Of a stretch of 64,000 bases of DNA, positions 1-12,400 are shown piece after piece. Every line of letters starts with the position of its first letter. The stretch's first letter is position 1. The notes under the pieces were generated by a model. The model was not told where the DNA came from. It was given only the letters and a program-made list of their open reading frames with translations, and made no database searches. The DNA comes from Auanema rhodensis (lineage: Eukaryota; Animalia; Nematoda), in NCBI GenBank assembly GCA_964057225.1, contig OZ059898.1, positions 15,934,001 through 15,998,000 of the forward strand, given 5' to 3'. Made by a program: the position numbers and the translations under genes.

Positions 1-1
1 T

Positions 2-2947
2 CCTCGCAATCTTGAAAGAAAATGGTACGGAGAAACTGCATCAATACTCACTCTTCTAACAATATTCACTATATTCCTACCTACAACAATGGCCAATCCA
101 ACTATCTCCTGCAATCCAAAGGGAGTCTTGATACAAGGAATGAACACGGATAATCAACAAGTATGCTCACACAACACTTGTTACAACAGTAGTGAAGGAG
201 GATTGATAACTCTTCCTCTTGAGGACATCCTATCAGACTACGAAGTAACTTGGACCTTTAATCACAACTCCAGACTACAATACATGACATTAAACTGTCC
301 AGCAGTTCATTTTTGCTCTACAGTGTCATGCACGTTCTGCTCAGCCACATTATTTAACCCATCTTGCTGGCCCTGGACCTCTATGTTACTATTCAGCTTC
401 ATAACCTACATAATCACAGCCATTTGCTACGGACTATTGCATTCACCATGGGTCATTGGAAAAGCCATCAGACTTTGGACCAACTTCATATACGCAATAT
501 GCACATCGTTATTCGGACAGCTATACATCCGGACAAATAGATTTAACAAGAAAACAGTTATCCCATTAATAACGCTTCTGTTAATTCACCAATCAATGGC
601 TTGCCAAGAACTTAGTATGAGCACTTCCCAAGAATCCTCATGCAACAAAGAAACATGCAAGATACAGACTGGACAATCTCTCACTATCAGCCCGTACACA
701 CAAGAAGCATGCCTAACGTTCACTAACAATCAGAACAAGTTCTCCTTTCTGCGCATACAATGGATCAAAACAACATACTTCTGTGAAATCCGTTCACTCT
801 TCTTCACCCGAGCAACCAGTACTCATGTAAAGAATAGCAAAAGATGCGCAAGAACTGGATCTTGCCAAGAAAACAAATGCAGCACCATTCAATCGGACAC
901 CATGGTTCACGAACTAGAACTAGCCAACCAATATCCTGGATCTACACACTGCACAGAATCCTGCGGAGGATTTGGCTGTGGCTGCTTCTATCCATCTTCA
1001 GGATGCCTCTTCTACCGCACCTACATGAAACCTATAGACAAATCTGTTTACGAAGTCTTTTCATGTAACGAATGGATACCTTCCACACAACTACATATCA
1101 CCTATCTGAACGGAACCACAACCACTTCACGGAACATCACGCTTCATTCGGACATTCAAACAGACGTACATCCTTTCAAATTCTCCGCAATCAGTCTAAC
1201 ACCTCCTATTATTCCAAGAATGCAAGGACAATTTATTAGAAATTTGACAAGACTGGCCATATGGAACATGAAGTCTACACTGACATGCTCATCTCATGAA
1301 AAAGCAAAGAAATTGGACTGTAAAGCAAACCCTCAGTGTGAATGCACTCCTGCAGAAGACTCAGTCAACTGCCATTGTGAAAACCAGAACATTCAATCAG
1401 TCTTTAACAGTGTTCAAACCATTTTACCTATATTCACACCTGCTTACTCAATCGAACAGTCACAACGGAACCTTGAAATCAACATCTATCGCAACATGAT
1501 GGCAGAAATTTATGTAACAGTGGATGGAATCTTCAATGTATCATCATCGCACGACGACTCGACATGTTTAATCCATGACTCAATGGTTAGAGGATGCTAC
1601 AACTGCCAAAACGGAGCACAAGCCAACATCATATGTACTTCACCCATAAATGCTTTAGCTGCCACGAACTGCGGTGACACAGCCTTTATGCTACAATGCA
1701 GTCCAAAAGGAACATCAAACAATATTCGATTACCTATCACTACAGCATCACCATGGATCAACTGTTCATATTCATGCGGACACAATATACAATATTTCTC
1801 TCTAACAGGAATATTATATTACGTCAGCAATATTCAGGACCTGCAGAAACACTACATAGAAGGAAACCACTCCTCACTTCACGAAACAGCTATTACCTTT
1901 CAATGGCCCGATATTACCCATTTCTACAACATCTACCTAGGCTGGTACAAAGAAATTGCAATCTGCATCCTTATAGTAATGCTAGCCCTTGCTGTTTCTT
2001 ATCACATCATCGCGGCTTACGCAACAAAATTCACCGTCAGCTCCGCCCATGTCATCATTCACCTCGTAAAAATTATTCTCTGGTTACCCATCGCTGTCAC
2101 CAGCTTCTTCGCCCGCCAGCTCTTTCTTCTATACAAAAGAAAGACTCACATCCTTCTCGTATTCATACTCACTATAATGTCTATTCCTACTACTCGCTGC
2201 TCCGATATTCAAGGTGTCATTGATCGCTCCAATCATAGATGCCAGAAATACATCCGACTTCCCTTGGAAAAGAGGACCGAATGCCTCAAAGAACTGACTA
2301 GGACCATGGACTCCACCCTGAAGCTTCTCTTTAGCTTAGAGGAGAACAAGGAAACCCCCACCGGAAAGGTCAACGATGTCGCAGCTAATGCTTTAATAGC
2401 ATACATCAAGCTCAAAGATTTCCTATCTACAGCTAAAACATCTTATGTTTTTAATATGGAAAAGGAAAAGCTTAGAATTTTTGGCAATGAGAAGCGCCTC
2501 ACAGACCTCGTCCGCAACATTCAGAAGGACCATCTTAGCTCTATCGAACTTAAGAACATGCCTTATGGATTTACAAAGGTCCAGAAGGAAAGGGATCCAG
2601 CTCCCACTACAAAGAGCAACATTATAGTCGTAGAAGCTATGCCCGAACTCAAAAGGATAGATCTCACAACCCGCAACATCGGTGAGGATCTTACAACTTT
2701 GGCTCGAATTATTATGAGATCAAACAATGACGACAAAGGCAAGGACATATTGGATGAACTCCGACAGATCAAGGACCTATTGAAGCAAATGGTCCCAAAG
2801 ACCATTCAGCCAACCTTATCAAAGGACACCCAAACACCACCAAGAAAACTGAGAACAAAAAGGACAGAAACAGACCTACCACCAGCCAAGCAGTCACGAA
2901 CATCACCCAGTAAGGACAGTACGATCGAGTTCCAGGACATCTTCTAA
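2..2947 (+). CDS. env: C-terminal part of a BEL/Pao (Belpaoviridae, Cer7/Cer13-like) polyprotein: phlebovirus-like envelope glycoprotein (Gn C-terminus + Gc) followed by an extra C-terminal domain; 5' end lies outside the window
   Basis: The frame is open from base 2 (PRNLERKWYGETASILTLLTIFTIFLPTTM...), so the ATG at 89 is probably internal. It has a Cys cluster (CPAVHFCSTVSCTFC...NPSCWP), TM segments and an internal signal peptide VIPLITLLLIHQSMA|CQE (Gc start ~602). A class II fusion-loop motif CTESCGGFGCGCFYPSSGCLF (~950-1012) resembles phlebovirus Gc (CxxxCGGWGCGCF). A TM anchor lies at ~1950-2010 and the stop is at 2947. Confidence 0.9.
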   Translation, partial: PRNLERKWYGETASILTLLTIFTIFLPTTMANPTISCNPKGVLIQGMNTDNQQVCSHNTCYNSSEGGLITLPLEDILSDYEVTWTFNHNSRLQYMTLNCPAVHFCSTVSCTFCSATLFNPSCWPWTSMLLFSFITYIITAICYGLLHSPWVIGKAIRLWTNFIYAICTSLFGQLYIRTNRFNKKTVIPLITLLLIHQSMACQELSMSTSQESSCNKETCKIQTGQSLTISPYTQEACLTFTNNQNKFSFLRIQWIKTTYFCEIRSLFFTRATSTHVKNSKRCARTGSCQENKCSTIQSDTMVHELELANQYPGSTHCTESCGGFGCGCFYPSSGCLFYRTYMKPIDKSVYEVFSCNEWIPSTQLHITYLNGTTTTSRNITLHSDIQTDVHPFKFSAISLTPPIIPRMQGQFIRNLTRLAIWNMKSTLTCSSHEKAKKLDCKANPQCECTPAEDSVNCHCENQNIQSVFNSVQTILPIFTPAYSIEQSQRNLEINIYRNMMAEIYVTVDGIFNVSSSHDDSTCLIHDSMVRGCYNCQNGAQANIICTSPINALAATNCGDTAFMLQCSPKGTSNNIRLPITTASPWINCSYSCGHNIQYFSLTGILYYVSNIQDLQKHYIEGNHSSLHETAITFQWPDITHFYNIYLGWYKEIAICILIVMLALAVSYHIIAAYATKFTVSSAHVIIHLVKIILWLPIAVTSFFARQLFLLYKRKTHILLVFILTIMSIPTTRCSDIQGVIDRSNHRCQKYIRLPLEKRTECLKELTRTMDSTLKLLFSLEENKETPTGKVNDVAANALIAYIKLKDFLSTAKTSYVFNMEKEKLRIFGNEKRLTDLVRNIQKDHLSSIELKNMPYGFTKVQKERDPAPTTKSNIIVVEAMPELKRIDLTTRNIGEDLTTLARIIMRSNNDDKGKDILDELRQIKDLLKQMVPKTIQPTLSKDTQTPPRKLRTKRTETDLPPAKQSRTSPSKDSTIEFQDIF

Positions 2948-2953
2948 CTCGTC

Positions 2954-2961
2954 GGCCGGAG
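2954..2961 (+). promoter_or_regulatory. Putative polypurine-tract equivalent (GGCCGGAG) abutting the 3' LTR
   Basis: GGCCGGAG lies 7 bp after the stop codon and immediately before TGT at 2962. Short, imperfect G-rich PPTs are typical of BEL/Pao. Confidence 0.5.
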
Positions 2962-3412
2962 TGTGCTTGAGCACTCTATATTCCTAAAAAAAACCTTAAA
3001 AACTCTATCTTTTTCTAATACTTCATAATTCTTTATAAATCTCTTTTAACTGATCAATATTCGTGTAAGTTGAACCTAAGGCTCTTTTTACTCATGACTC
3101 ATAGGCTACTCATCCCCCACGCATATCTCCGCAGAATAAGCATGAGATAACGCTTGCTTCTCCTCCCCCTTTTTGTATCTCTGAATTCTCTAAGTTAACA
3201 TTATATCTTGCCTCTCGCGTTAGTATATAAGCCGAGAGGATTCCTCAAATTCTTATGTGTCAATAGTGTAAAAGAATTTATTCTTGTTACCGTTGCATAA
3301 TAAATATTCTCTCCATATTCTCTTCGATCAAGAGCACTACAAAAATCTACCACTGAACCAACTATGCCACTGCTCCGCTCACCCATTTCTAAGGACACAA
3401 CGGCGCAAAACA
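2962..3412 (+). repeat. 3' LTR (~451 bp)
   Basis: Starts TGTG (2962) and ends AAAACA (3412), exactly where the satellite starts. It contains TATATAA (3224-3230) followed by AATAAA (3299-3304), the usual U3-R-U5 order. The partner LTR is not visible, so the ends are inferred. Confidence 0.65.
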
Positions 3413-6400
3413 ACTACAGCCTGAACTTTTTTGTGAACAAATTTTCTGGATGTGGTCGAGATGAATCCCTTTTCCGGAGAAAAGAGAGGTCCTTGTTAAT
3501 TCTCATTCAGAAATTCAGAATCTACACATCTGAATACCCAACATGTTAGTATTTTTATTCGATCTTAGTTGATCATCGAAAAGAAAAGCGAACATTTACC
3601 GGACACTTCGTGACTACAGCCTGAACTTTTTTGTGAACAAATTTTCTGGATGTGGTCGAGATGAATCCCTTTTCCGGAGAAAAGAGAGGTCCTTGTTAAT
3701 TCTCATTCAGAAATTCAGAATCTACACATCTGAATACCCAACATGTTAGTATTTTTATTCGATCTTAGTTGATCATCGAAAAGAGAAGCGAACATTTACC
3801 CGACACTTCGTGACTACAGCCTGAACTTTTTTGTGAACCGATTTTCTGGATGTGGTCGAGATAAACCCCTTTTCCGGAGAAAAGACAGGTCCTTGTTAAT
3901 TCTCATTCAGAAATTCAGAATCTACACATCTGAATACCCAACATGTTAGTATTTTTATTCGATCTTAGTTGATCATCGAAAAGAAAAGCGAACATTCACC
4001 GGACACAACGTGACTACAGCCTGAACTTTTTTGTGAACAAATTTTCTGGATGTGGTCGAGATAAACCCCTTTTCCGGAGAAAAGAGAGGTCCTTGTTAAT
4101 TCTCATTCAGAAATTCAGAATCTATACATCTGAATACCCAACATGTTAGTATTTTTATTCGATCTTAGTTGATCATCGAAAAGAAAAGCGATCATTTACC
4201 GGACACAACGTGACTACAGCCTGAACTTTTTTGTGAACCAATTTTCTGGATGTGGTCGAGATAAACCCCTTTTCCGGAGAAAAGAGAGGTCCTTGTTAAT
4301 TCTCATTTAGAAATTCAGAATCTACACATCTCAATACCCAACTTATCAGTTTTTTTATTTGATCTTAGTTGATCATCTTGAAGAAAAGCGAACATTCACC
4401 GGACACTTCGTGACTACAGCCCGAACTTTTTCGTGAACCAATTTTCTGGATGTGGTCGAGATAAACCCCTTTTCCGGAGAAAAGAGAGGTCCTTGTTAAT
4501 TCTCATTCAGAAATTCAGAATCTATACATCTGAATACCCAACATGTTAGTATTTTTATTCGATCTTAGTTGATCATCGAAAAGAAAAGCGAACATTTACC
4601 GGACACTTCGTGACTACAGCCTGAACTTTTTTGTGAACCAATTTTCTGGATGTGGTCGAGATAAACCCCTTTTCCGGAGAAAAGAGAGGTCCTTGTTAAT
4701 TCTCATTCAGAAATTCAGAATCTACACATCTGAATACCCAACATGTTAGTATTTTTATTCGATCTTAGTTGATCATCGAAAAGAAAAGCGAACATTCACC
4801 GGACACAACGTGACTACAGCCTGAACTTTTTTGTGAACCAATTTTCTGGATGTGGTCGAGATAAACCCCTTTTCCGGAGAAAAGACAGGTCCTTGTTAAT
4901 TCTCATTCAGAAATTCAGAATCTACACATCTGAATACCCAACATGTTAGTATTTTTATTCGATCTTAGTTGATCATCGAAAAGAAAAGCGAACATTCACC
5001 GGACACAACGTGACTACAGCCTGAACTTTTTTGTGAACCTATTTTCTGGATGTGGTCGAGATAAACCCCTTTTCTGGAGAAAAGAGAGGTCCTTGTTAAT
5101 TCTCATTCAGAAATTCAAAATCTACACATCTGAATACCCAACTTGTTAGTATTTTAATTCGATCTTAGTTGATCATCGAAAAGAAAGGCGAACATTCACC
5201 GGACACTTCGTGACTACAGCCTGAACTTTTTTGTGAACCAATTTTCTGGATGTGGTCGAGATAAACCCCTTTTCCGGAGAAAGGAGAGGTCCTTGTCAAT
5301 TCTTATTCAAAAATTCAGAATCTACACATCTGAATACCCAACTTGTTAGTATTTTAATTCGATCTTAGTTGTTCATCGAAAAGAAAGGCGAACATTCACC
5401 GGACACTTCGTGACTACAGCCTGAACGTTTTTGTGAACAAATTTTTGGATGTGGTCGAGATAAATCCCTTTTCCGGAGAAAAGAGAGGTCTTTGTCAATT
5501 CTCATTTAGAAATTCAGAATCTACACATCTGAATACCCAACATGTTAGTATTTTTATTCGATCTTAGTTGATCATCTTGAAGAAAAGCGAACATTTACCG
5601 GACACTTCGTGACTACAGCCTGAACTTTTTTGTGAACAAATTTTCTGGATGTGGTCGAGATGAATCCCTTTTCCGGAGAAAACAGAGGTCCTTGTTAATT
5701 CTCATTTAGAAATTCAGAATCTACACATCTGAATACCCAACATGTTAGTATTTTTATTCGATCTTAGTTGATCATCGAAAAGAAAAGCGAACATTTACCG
5801 GACACTTCGTGACTACAGCCTGAACGTTTTTGTGAACAAATTTTTGGATGTGGTCGAGATAAATCCCTTTTCCGGAGAAAAGAGAGGTCTTTGTCAATTC
5901 TCATTTAGAAATTCAGAATCTACACATCTGAATACCCAACATGTTAGTATTTTTATTCGATCTTAGTTGATCATCTTGAAGAAAAGCGAACATTTACCGG
6001 ACACTTCGTGACTACAGCCTGAACTTTTTTGTGAACAAATTTCCTGGATGTGGTCGAGATGAATCCCTTTTCCGGAGAAAACAGAGGTCCTTGTTAATTC
6101 TCATTTAGAAATTCAGAATCTACACATCTGAATACCCAACATGTTAGTATTTTTATTCGATCTTAGTTGATCATCGAAAAGAAAAGCGAACATTTACCGG
6201 ACACTTCGTGACTACAGCCTGAACTTTTTTGTGAACCAATTTTCTGGATGTGGTCGAGATAAACCCCTTTTCCGGAGAAAAGACAGGTCTTTGTTAATTC
6301 TCATTCAGAAATTCAGAATCTACACATCTGAATACCCAACATGTTAGTATTTTTATTCGATCTTAGTTGATCATCGAAAAGAAAAGCGATCATTTACCGG

Positions 6401-9400
6401 ACACAACGTGACTACAGCCTGAACTTTTTTGTGAACCAATTTTCTGGATGTGGTCGAGATAAACCCCTTTTCCGGAGAAAAGAGAGGTCCTTGTTAATTC
6501 TCATTTAGAAATTCAGAATCTACACATCTCAATACCCAACTTATCAGTTTTTTTATTTGATCTTAGTTGATCATCTTGAAGAAAAGCGAACATTCACCGG
6601 ACACTTCGTGACTACAGCCTGAACTTTTTTGTGAACCAATTTTCTGGATGTGGTCGAGATAAACCCCTTTTCCGGAGAAAAGACAGGTCCTTGTTAATTC
6701 TCATTCAGAAATTCAGAATCTACACATCTGAATACCCAACATGTTAGTATTTTTATTCGATCTTAGTTGATCATCGAAAAGAAAAGCGATCATTTACCGG
6801 ACACAACGTGACTACAGCCTGAACTTTTTTGTGAACCAATTTTCTGGATGTGGTCGAGATAAACCCCTTTTCCGGAGAAAAGAGAGGTCCTTGTTAATTC
6901 TCATTTAGAAATTCAGAATCTACACATCTCAATACCCAACTTATCAGTTTTTTTATTTGATCTTAGTTGATCATCTTGAAGAAAAGCGAACATTCACCGG
7001 ACACTTCGTGACTACAGCCTGAACTTTTTTGTGAACCAATTTTCTGGATGTAGTCGAGATAAACCCCTTTTCCGGAGAAAAGACAGGTCCTTGTTAATTC
7101 TCATTCAGAAATTCAGAATCTACACATCTGAATACCCAACATGTTAGTATTTTTTTTCGATCTTAGTTGATCACCGAAAAGAAAAGCGAACATTCACCGG
7201 ACACAACGTGACTACAGCCTGAACTTTTTTGTGAACAAATTTTCTGGATGTGGTCGAGATGAATCCCTTTTCCGGAGAAAAGAGAGGTCCTTGTTAATTC
7301 TCATTCAGAAATTCAGAATCTACACATCTGAATACCCAACATGTTAGTATTTTTATTCGATCTTAGTTGATCATCGAAAAGAAAAGCGAACATTTACCGG
7401 ACACTTCGTGACTACAGCCTGAACTTTTTTGTGAACAAATTTTCTGGATGTGGTCGAGATGAATCCCTTTTCCGGAGAAAAGAGAGGTCCTTGTTAATTC
7501 TCATTCAGAAATTCAGAATCTACACATCTGAATACCCAACATGTTAGTATTTTTATTCGATCTTAGTTGATCATCGAAAAGAGAAGCGAACATTTACCCG
7601 ACACTTCGTGACTACAGCCTGAACTTTTTTGTGAACCGATTTTCTGGATGTGGTCGAGATAAACCCCTTTTCCGGAGAAAAGACAGGTCCTTGTTAATTC
7701 TCATTCAGAAATTCAGAATCTACACATCTGAATACCCAACATGTTAGTATTTTTATTCGATCTTAGTTGATCATCGAAAAGAAAAGCGAACATTCACCGG
7801 ACACAACGTGACTACAGCCTGAACTTTTTTGTGAACAAATTTTCTGGATGTGGTCGAGATAAACCCCTTTTCCGGAGAAAAGAGAGGTCCTTGTTAATTC
7901 TCATTCAGAAATTCAGAATCTATACATCTGAATACCCAACATGTTAGTATTTTTATTCGATCTTAGTTGATCATCGAAAAGAAAAGCGATCATTTACCGG
8001 ACACAACGTGACTACAGCCTGAACTTTTTTGTGAACCAATTTTCTGGATGTGGTCGAGATAAACCCCTTTTCCGGAGAAAAGAGAGGTCCTTGTTAATTC
8101 TCATTTAGAAATTCAGAATCTACACATCTCAATACCCAACTTATCAGTTTTTTTATTTGATCTTAGTTGATCATCTTGAAGAAAAGCGAACATTCACCGG
8201 ACACTTCGTGACTACAGCCCGAACTTTTTCGTGAACCAATTTTCTGGATGTGGTCGAGATAAACCCCTTTTCCGGAGAAAAGAGAGGTCCTTGTTAATTC
8301 TCATTCAGAAATTCAGAATCTATACATCTGAATACCCAACATGTTAGTATTTTTATTCGATCTTAGTTGATCATCGAAAAGAAAAGCGAACATTTACCGG
8401 ACACTTCGTGACTACAGCCTGAACTTTTTTGTGAACCAATTTTCTGGATGTGGTCGAGATAAACCCCTTTTCCGGAGAAAAGAGAGGTCCTTGTTAATTC
8501 TCATTCAGAAATTCAGAATCTACACATCTGAATACCCAACATGTTAGTATTTTTATTCGATCTTAGTTGATCATCGAAAAGAAAAGCGAACATTCACCGG
8601 ACACAACGTGACTACAGCCTGAACTTTTTTGTGAACCAATTTTCTGGATGTGGTCGAGATAAACCCCTTTTCCGGAGAAAAGACAGGTCCTTGTTAATTC
8701 TCATTCAGAAATTCAGAATCTACACATCTGAATACCCAACATGTTAGTATTTTTATTCGATCTTAGTTGATCATCGAAAAGAAAAGCGATCATTTACCGG
8801 ACACAACGTGACTACAGCCTGAACTTTTTTGTGAACCAATTTTCTGGATGTGGTCGAGATAAACCCCTTTTCCGGAGAAAAGAGAGGTCCTTGTTAATTC
8901 TCATTTAGAAATTCAGAATCTACACATCTCAATACCCAACTTATCAGTTTTTTTATTCGATCTTAGTTGATCATCGAAAAGAAAAGCGAACATTTACCGG
9001 ACACTTCGTGACTACAGCCTGAACTTTTTTGTGAACCAATTTTCTGGATGTGGTCGAGATAAACCCCTTTTCCGGAGAAAAGAGAGGTCCTTGTTAATTC
9101 TCATTCAGAAATTCAGAATCTACACATCTGAATACCCAACATGTTAGTATTTTTATTCGATCTTAGTTGATCATCGAAAAGAAAAGCGAACATTCACCGG
9201 ACACAACGTGACTACAGCCTGAACTTTTTTGTGAACCTATTTTCTGGATGTGGTCGAGATAAACCCCTTTTCTGGAGAAAAGAGAGGTCCTTGTTAATTC
9301 TCATTCAGAAATTCAAAATCTACACATCTGAATACCCAACTTGTTAGTATTTTAATTCGATCTTAGTTGATCATCGAAAAGAAAGGCGAACATTCACCGG

Positions 9401-12400
9401 ACACTTCGTGACTACAGCCTGAACTTTTTTGTGAACCAATTTTCTGGATGTGGTCGAGATAAACCCCTTTTCCGGAGAAAGGAGAGGTCCTTGTCAATTC
9501 TTATTCAAAAATTCAGAATCTACACATCTGAATACCCAACTTGTTAGTATTTTAATTCGATCTTAGTTGTTCATCGAAAAGAAAGGCGAACATTCACCGG
9601 ACACTTCGTGACTACAGCCTGAACGTTTTTGTGAACAAATTTTTGGATGTGGTCGAGATAAATCCCTTTTCCGGAGAAAAGAGAGGTCTTTGTCAATTCT
9701 CATTTAGAAATTCAGAATCTACACATCTGAATACCCAACATGTTAGTATTTTTATTCGATCTTAGTTGATCATCTTGAAGAAAAGCGAACATTTACCGGA
9801 CACTTCGTGACTACAGCCTGAACTTTTTTGTGAACAAATTTTCTGGATGTGGTCGAGATGAATCCCTTTTCCGGAGAAAACAGAGGTCCTTGTTAATTCT
9901 CATTTAGAAATTCAGAATCTACACATCTGAATACCCAACATGTTAGTATTTTTATTCGATCTTAGTTGATCATCGAAAAGAAAAGCGAACATTTACCGGA
10001 CACTTCGTGACTACAGCCTGAACGTTTTTGTGAACAAATTTTTGGATGTGGTCGAGATAAATCCCTTTTCCGGAGAAAAGAGAGGTCTTTGTCAATTCTC
10101 ATTTAGAAATTCAGAATCTACACATCTGAATACCCAACATGTTAGTATTTTTATTCGATCTTAGTTGATCATCTTGAAGAAAAGCGAACATTTACCGGAC
10201 ACTTCGTGACTACAGCCTGAACTTTTTTGTGAACAAATTTCCTGGATGTGGTCGAGATGAATCCCTTTTCCGGAGAAAACAGAGGTCCTTGTTAATTCTC
10301 ATTTAGAAATTCAGAATCTACACATCTGAATACCCAACATGTTAGTATTTTTATTCGATCTTAGTTGATCATCGAAAAGAAAAGCGAACATTTACCGGAC
10401 ACTTCGTGACTACAGCCTGAACTTTTTTGTGAACCAATTTTCTGGATGTGGTCGAGATAAACCCCTTTTCCGGAGAAAAGACAGGTCTTTGTTAATTCTC
10501 ATTCAGAAATTCAGAATCTACACATCTGAATACCCAACATGTTAGTATTTTTATTCGATCTTAGTTGATCATCGAAAAGAAAAGCGATCATTTACCGGAC
10601 ACAACGTGACTACAGCCTGAACTTTTTTGTGAACCAATTTTCTGGATGTGGTCGAGATAAACCCCTTTTCCGGAGAAAAGAGAGGTCCTTGTTAATTCTC
10701 ATTTAGAAATTCAGAATCTACACATCTCAATACCCAACTTATCAGTTTTTTTATTTGATCTTAGTTGATCATCTTGAAGAAAAGCGAACATTCACCGGAC
10801 ACTTCGTGACTACAGCCTGAACTTTTTTGTGAACCAATTTTCTGGATGTGGTCGAGATAAACCCCTTTTCCGGAGAAAAGACAGGTCCTTGTTAATTCTC
10901 ATTCAGAAATTCAGAATCTACACATCTGAATACCCAACATGTTAGTATTTTTATTCGATCTTAGTTGATCATCGAAAAGAAAAGCGATCATTTACCGGAC
11001 ACAACGTGACTACAGCCTGAACTTTTTTGTGAACCAATTTTCTGGATGTGGTCGAGATAAACCCCTTTTCCGGAGAAAAGAGAGGTCCTTGTTAATTCTC
11101 ATTTAGAAATTCAGAATCTACACATCTCAATACCCAACTTATCAGTTTTTTTATTTGATCTTAGTTGATCATCTTGAAGAAAAGCGAACATTCACCGGAC
11201 ACTTCGTGACTACAGCCTGAACTTTTTTGTGAACCAATTTTCTGGATGTAGTCGAGATAAACCCCTTTTCCGGAGAAAAGACAGGTCCTTGTTAATTCTC
11301 ATTCAGAAATTCAGAATCTACACATCTGAATACCCAACATGTTAGTATTTTTTTTCGATCTTAGTTGATCACCGAAAAGAAAAGCGAACATTCACCGGAC
11401 ACAACGTGACTACAGCCTGAACTTTTTTGTGAACCAATTTTCTGGATGTGGTCGAGATAAACCCCTTTTCCGGAGAAAAGAGAGGTCCTCGTCAATTGTT
11501 ATTAGAAAATTCAGAATCTACACATCTCAATACCCAACTTATCAGTTTTTTTATTTGATCTTAGTTGATCATCTTGAAGAAAAGCGAACATTCACCGGAC
11601 ACTTCGTGACTACAGCCTGAACTTTTTTGTGAACCAATTTTCTGGATGTGGTCGAGATAAACCCCTTTTCCGGAGAAAAGAGAGGTCCTTGTTAATTCTC
11701 ATTTAGAAATTCAGAATCTACACATCTCAATACCCAACTTATCAGTTTTTTTATTTGATCTTAGTTGATCATCTTGAAGAAAAGCGAACATTCACCGGAC
11801 ACTTCGTGACTACAGCCTGAACTTTTTCGTGAACCAATTTTCTGGATGTGGTCGAGATAAACCCCTTTTCCGGAGAAAAGAGAGGTCCTTGTTAATTCTC
11901 ATTTAGAAATTCAGAATCTACACATCTCAATACCTAACTTATCAGTTTTTTCATTTGATCTTAGTTGATCATCTTGAAGAAAAGCGAACATTTACCGGAC
12001 ACTTCGTGACTACAGCCTGAACTTTTTTGTGAACCAATTTTCTGGATGTAGTCGAGATAAACCCCTTTTCCGGAGAAAAGACAGGTCCTTGTTATTTCTC
12101 ATTCAGAAATTCAGAATCTACACATCTGAATACCCAACATGTTAGTATTTTTTTTCGATCTCAGTTGATCACCGAAAAGAAAAGCGAACATTCACCGGAC
12201 ACAACGTGACTACAGCCTGAACTTTTTTGTGAACCAATTTTCTGGATGTGGTCGAGATAAACCCCTTTTCCGGAGAAAAGAGAGGTCCTTGTTAATACTC
12301 ATTCAGAAATTCAGAATCTACACATCTGAATACCCAACATGTTAGTATTTTTATTCGATCTTAGTTGATCATCGAAAAGAAAAGCGATCATTTACCGGAC

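Larger units (their letters stand above)
1..3412 (+). mobile_element. 3' portion of an env-bearing BEL/Pao LTR retrotransposon (nematode endogenous belpaovirus)
   Basis: Phlebovirus-type env directly followed by a short purine-rich tract and a TG...CA-bounded LTR. Phlebovirus-like env genes are established in nematode BEL/Pao elements. gag/pol and the 5' LTR are outside the window. Confidence 0.8.

Noticed and set aside
844-3413. Small alternative-frame and antisense ORFs over env and the LTR
   Set aside because: No recognisable motifs; they are shadows of the main env frame or LTR sequence.
5439-5448. Sm-site-like AATTTTTGG in the 199 bp satellite variants
   Set aside because: It arises from a 1 bp deletion in four monomers only, with no recognisable snRNA or SL RNA sequence around it.
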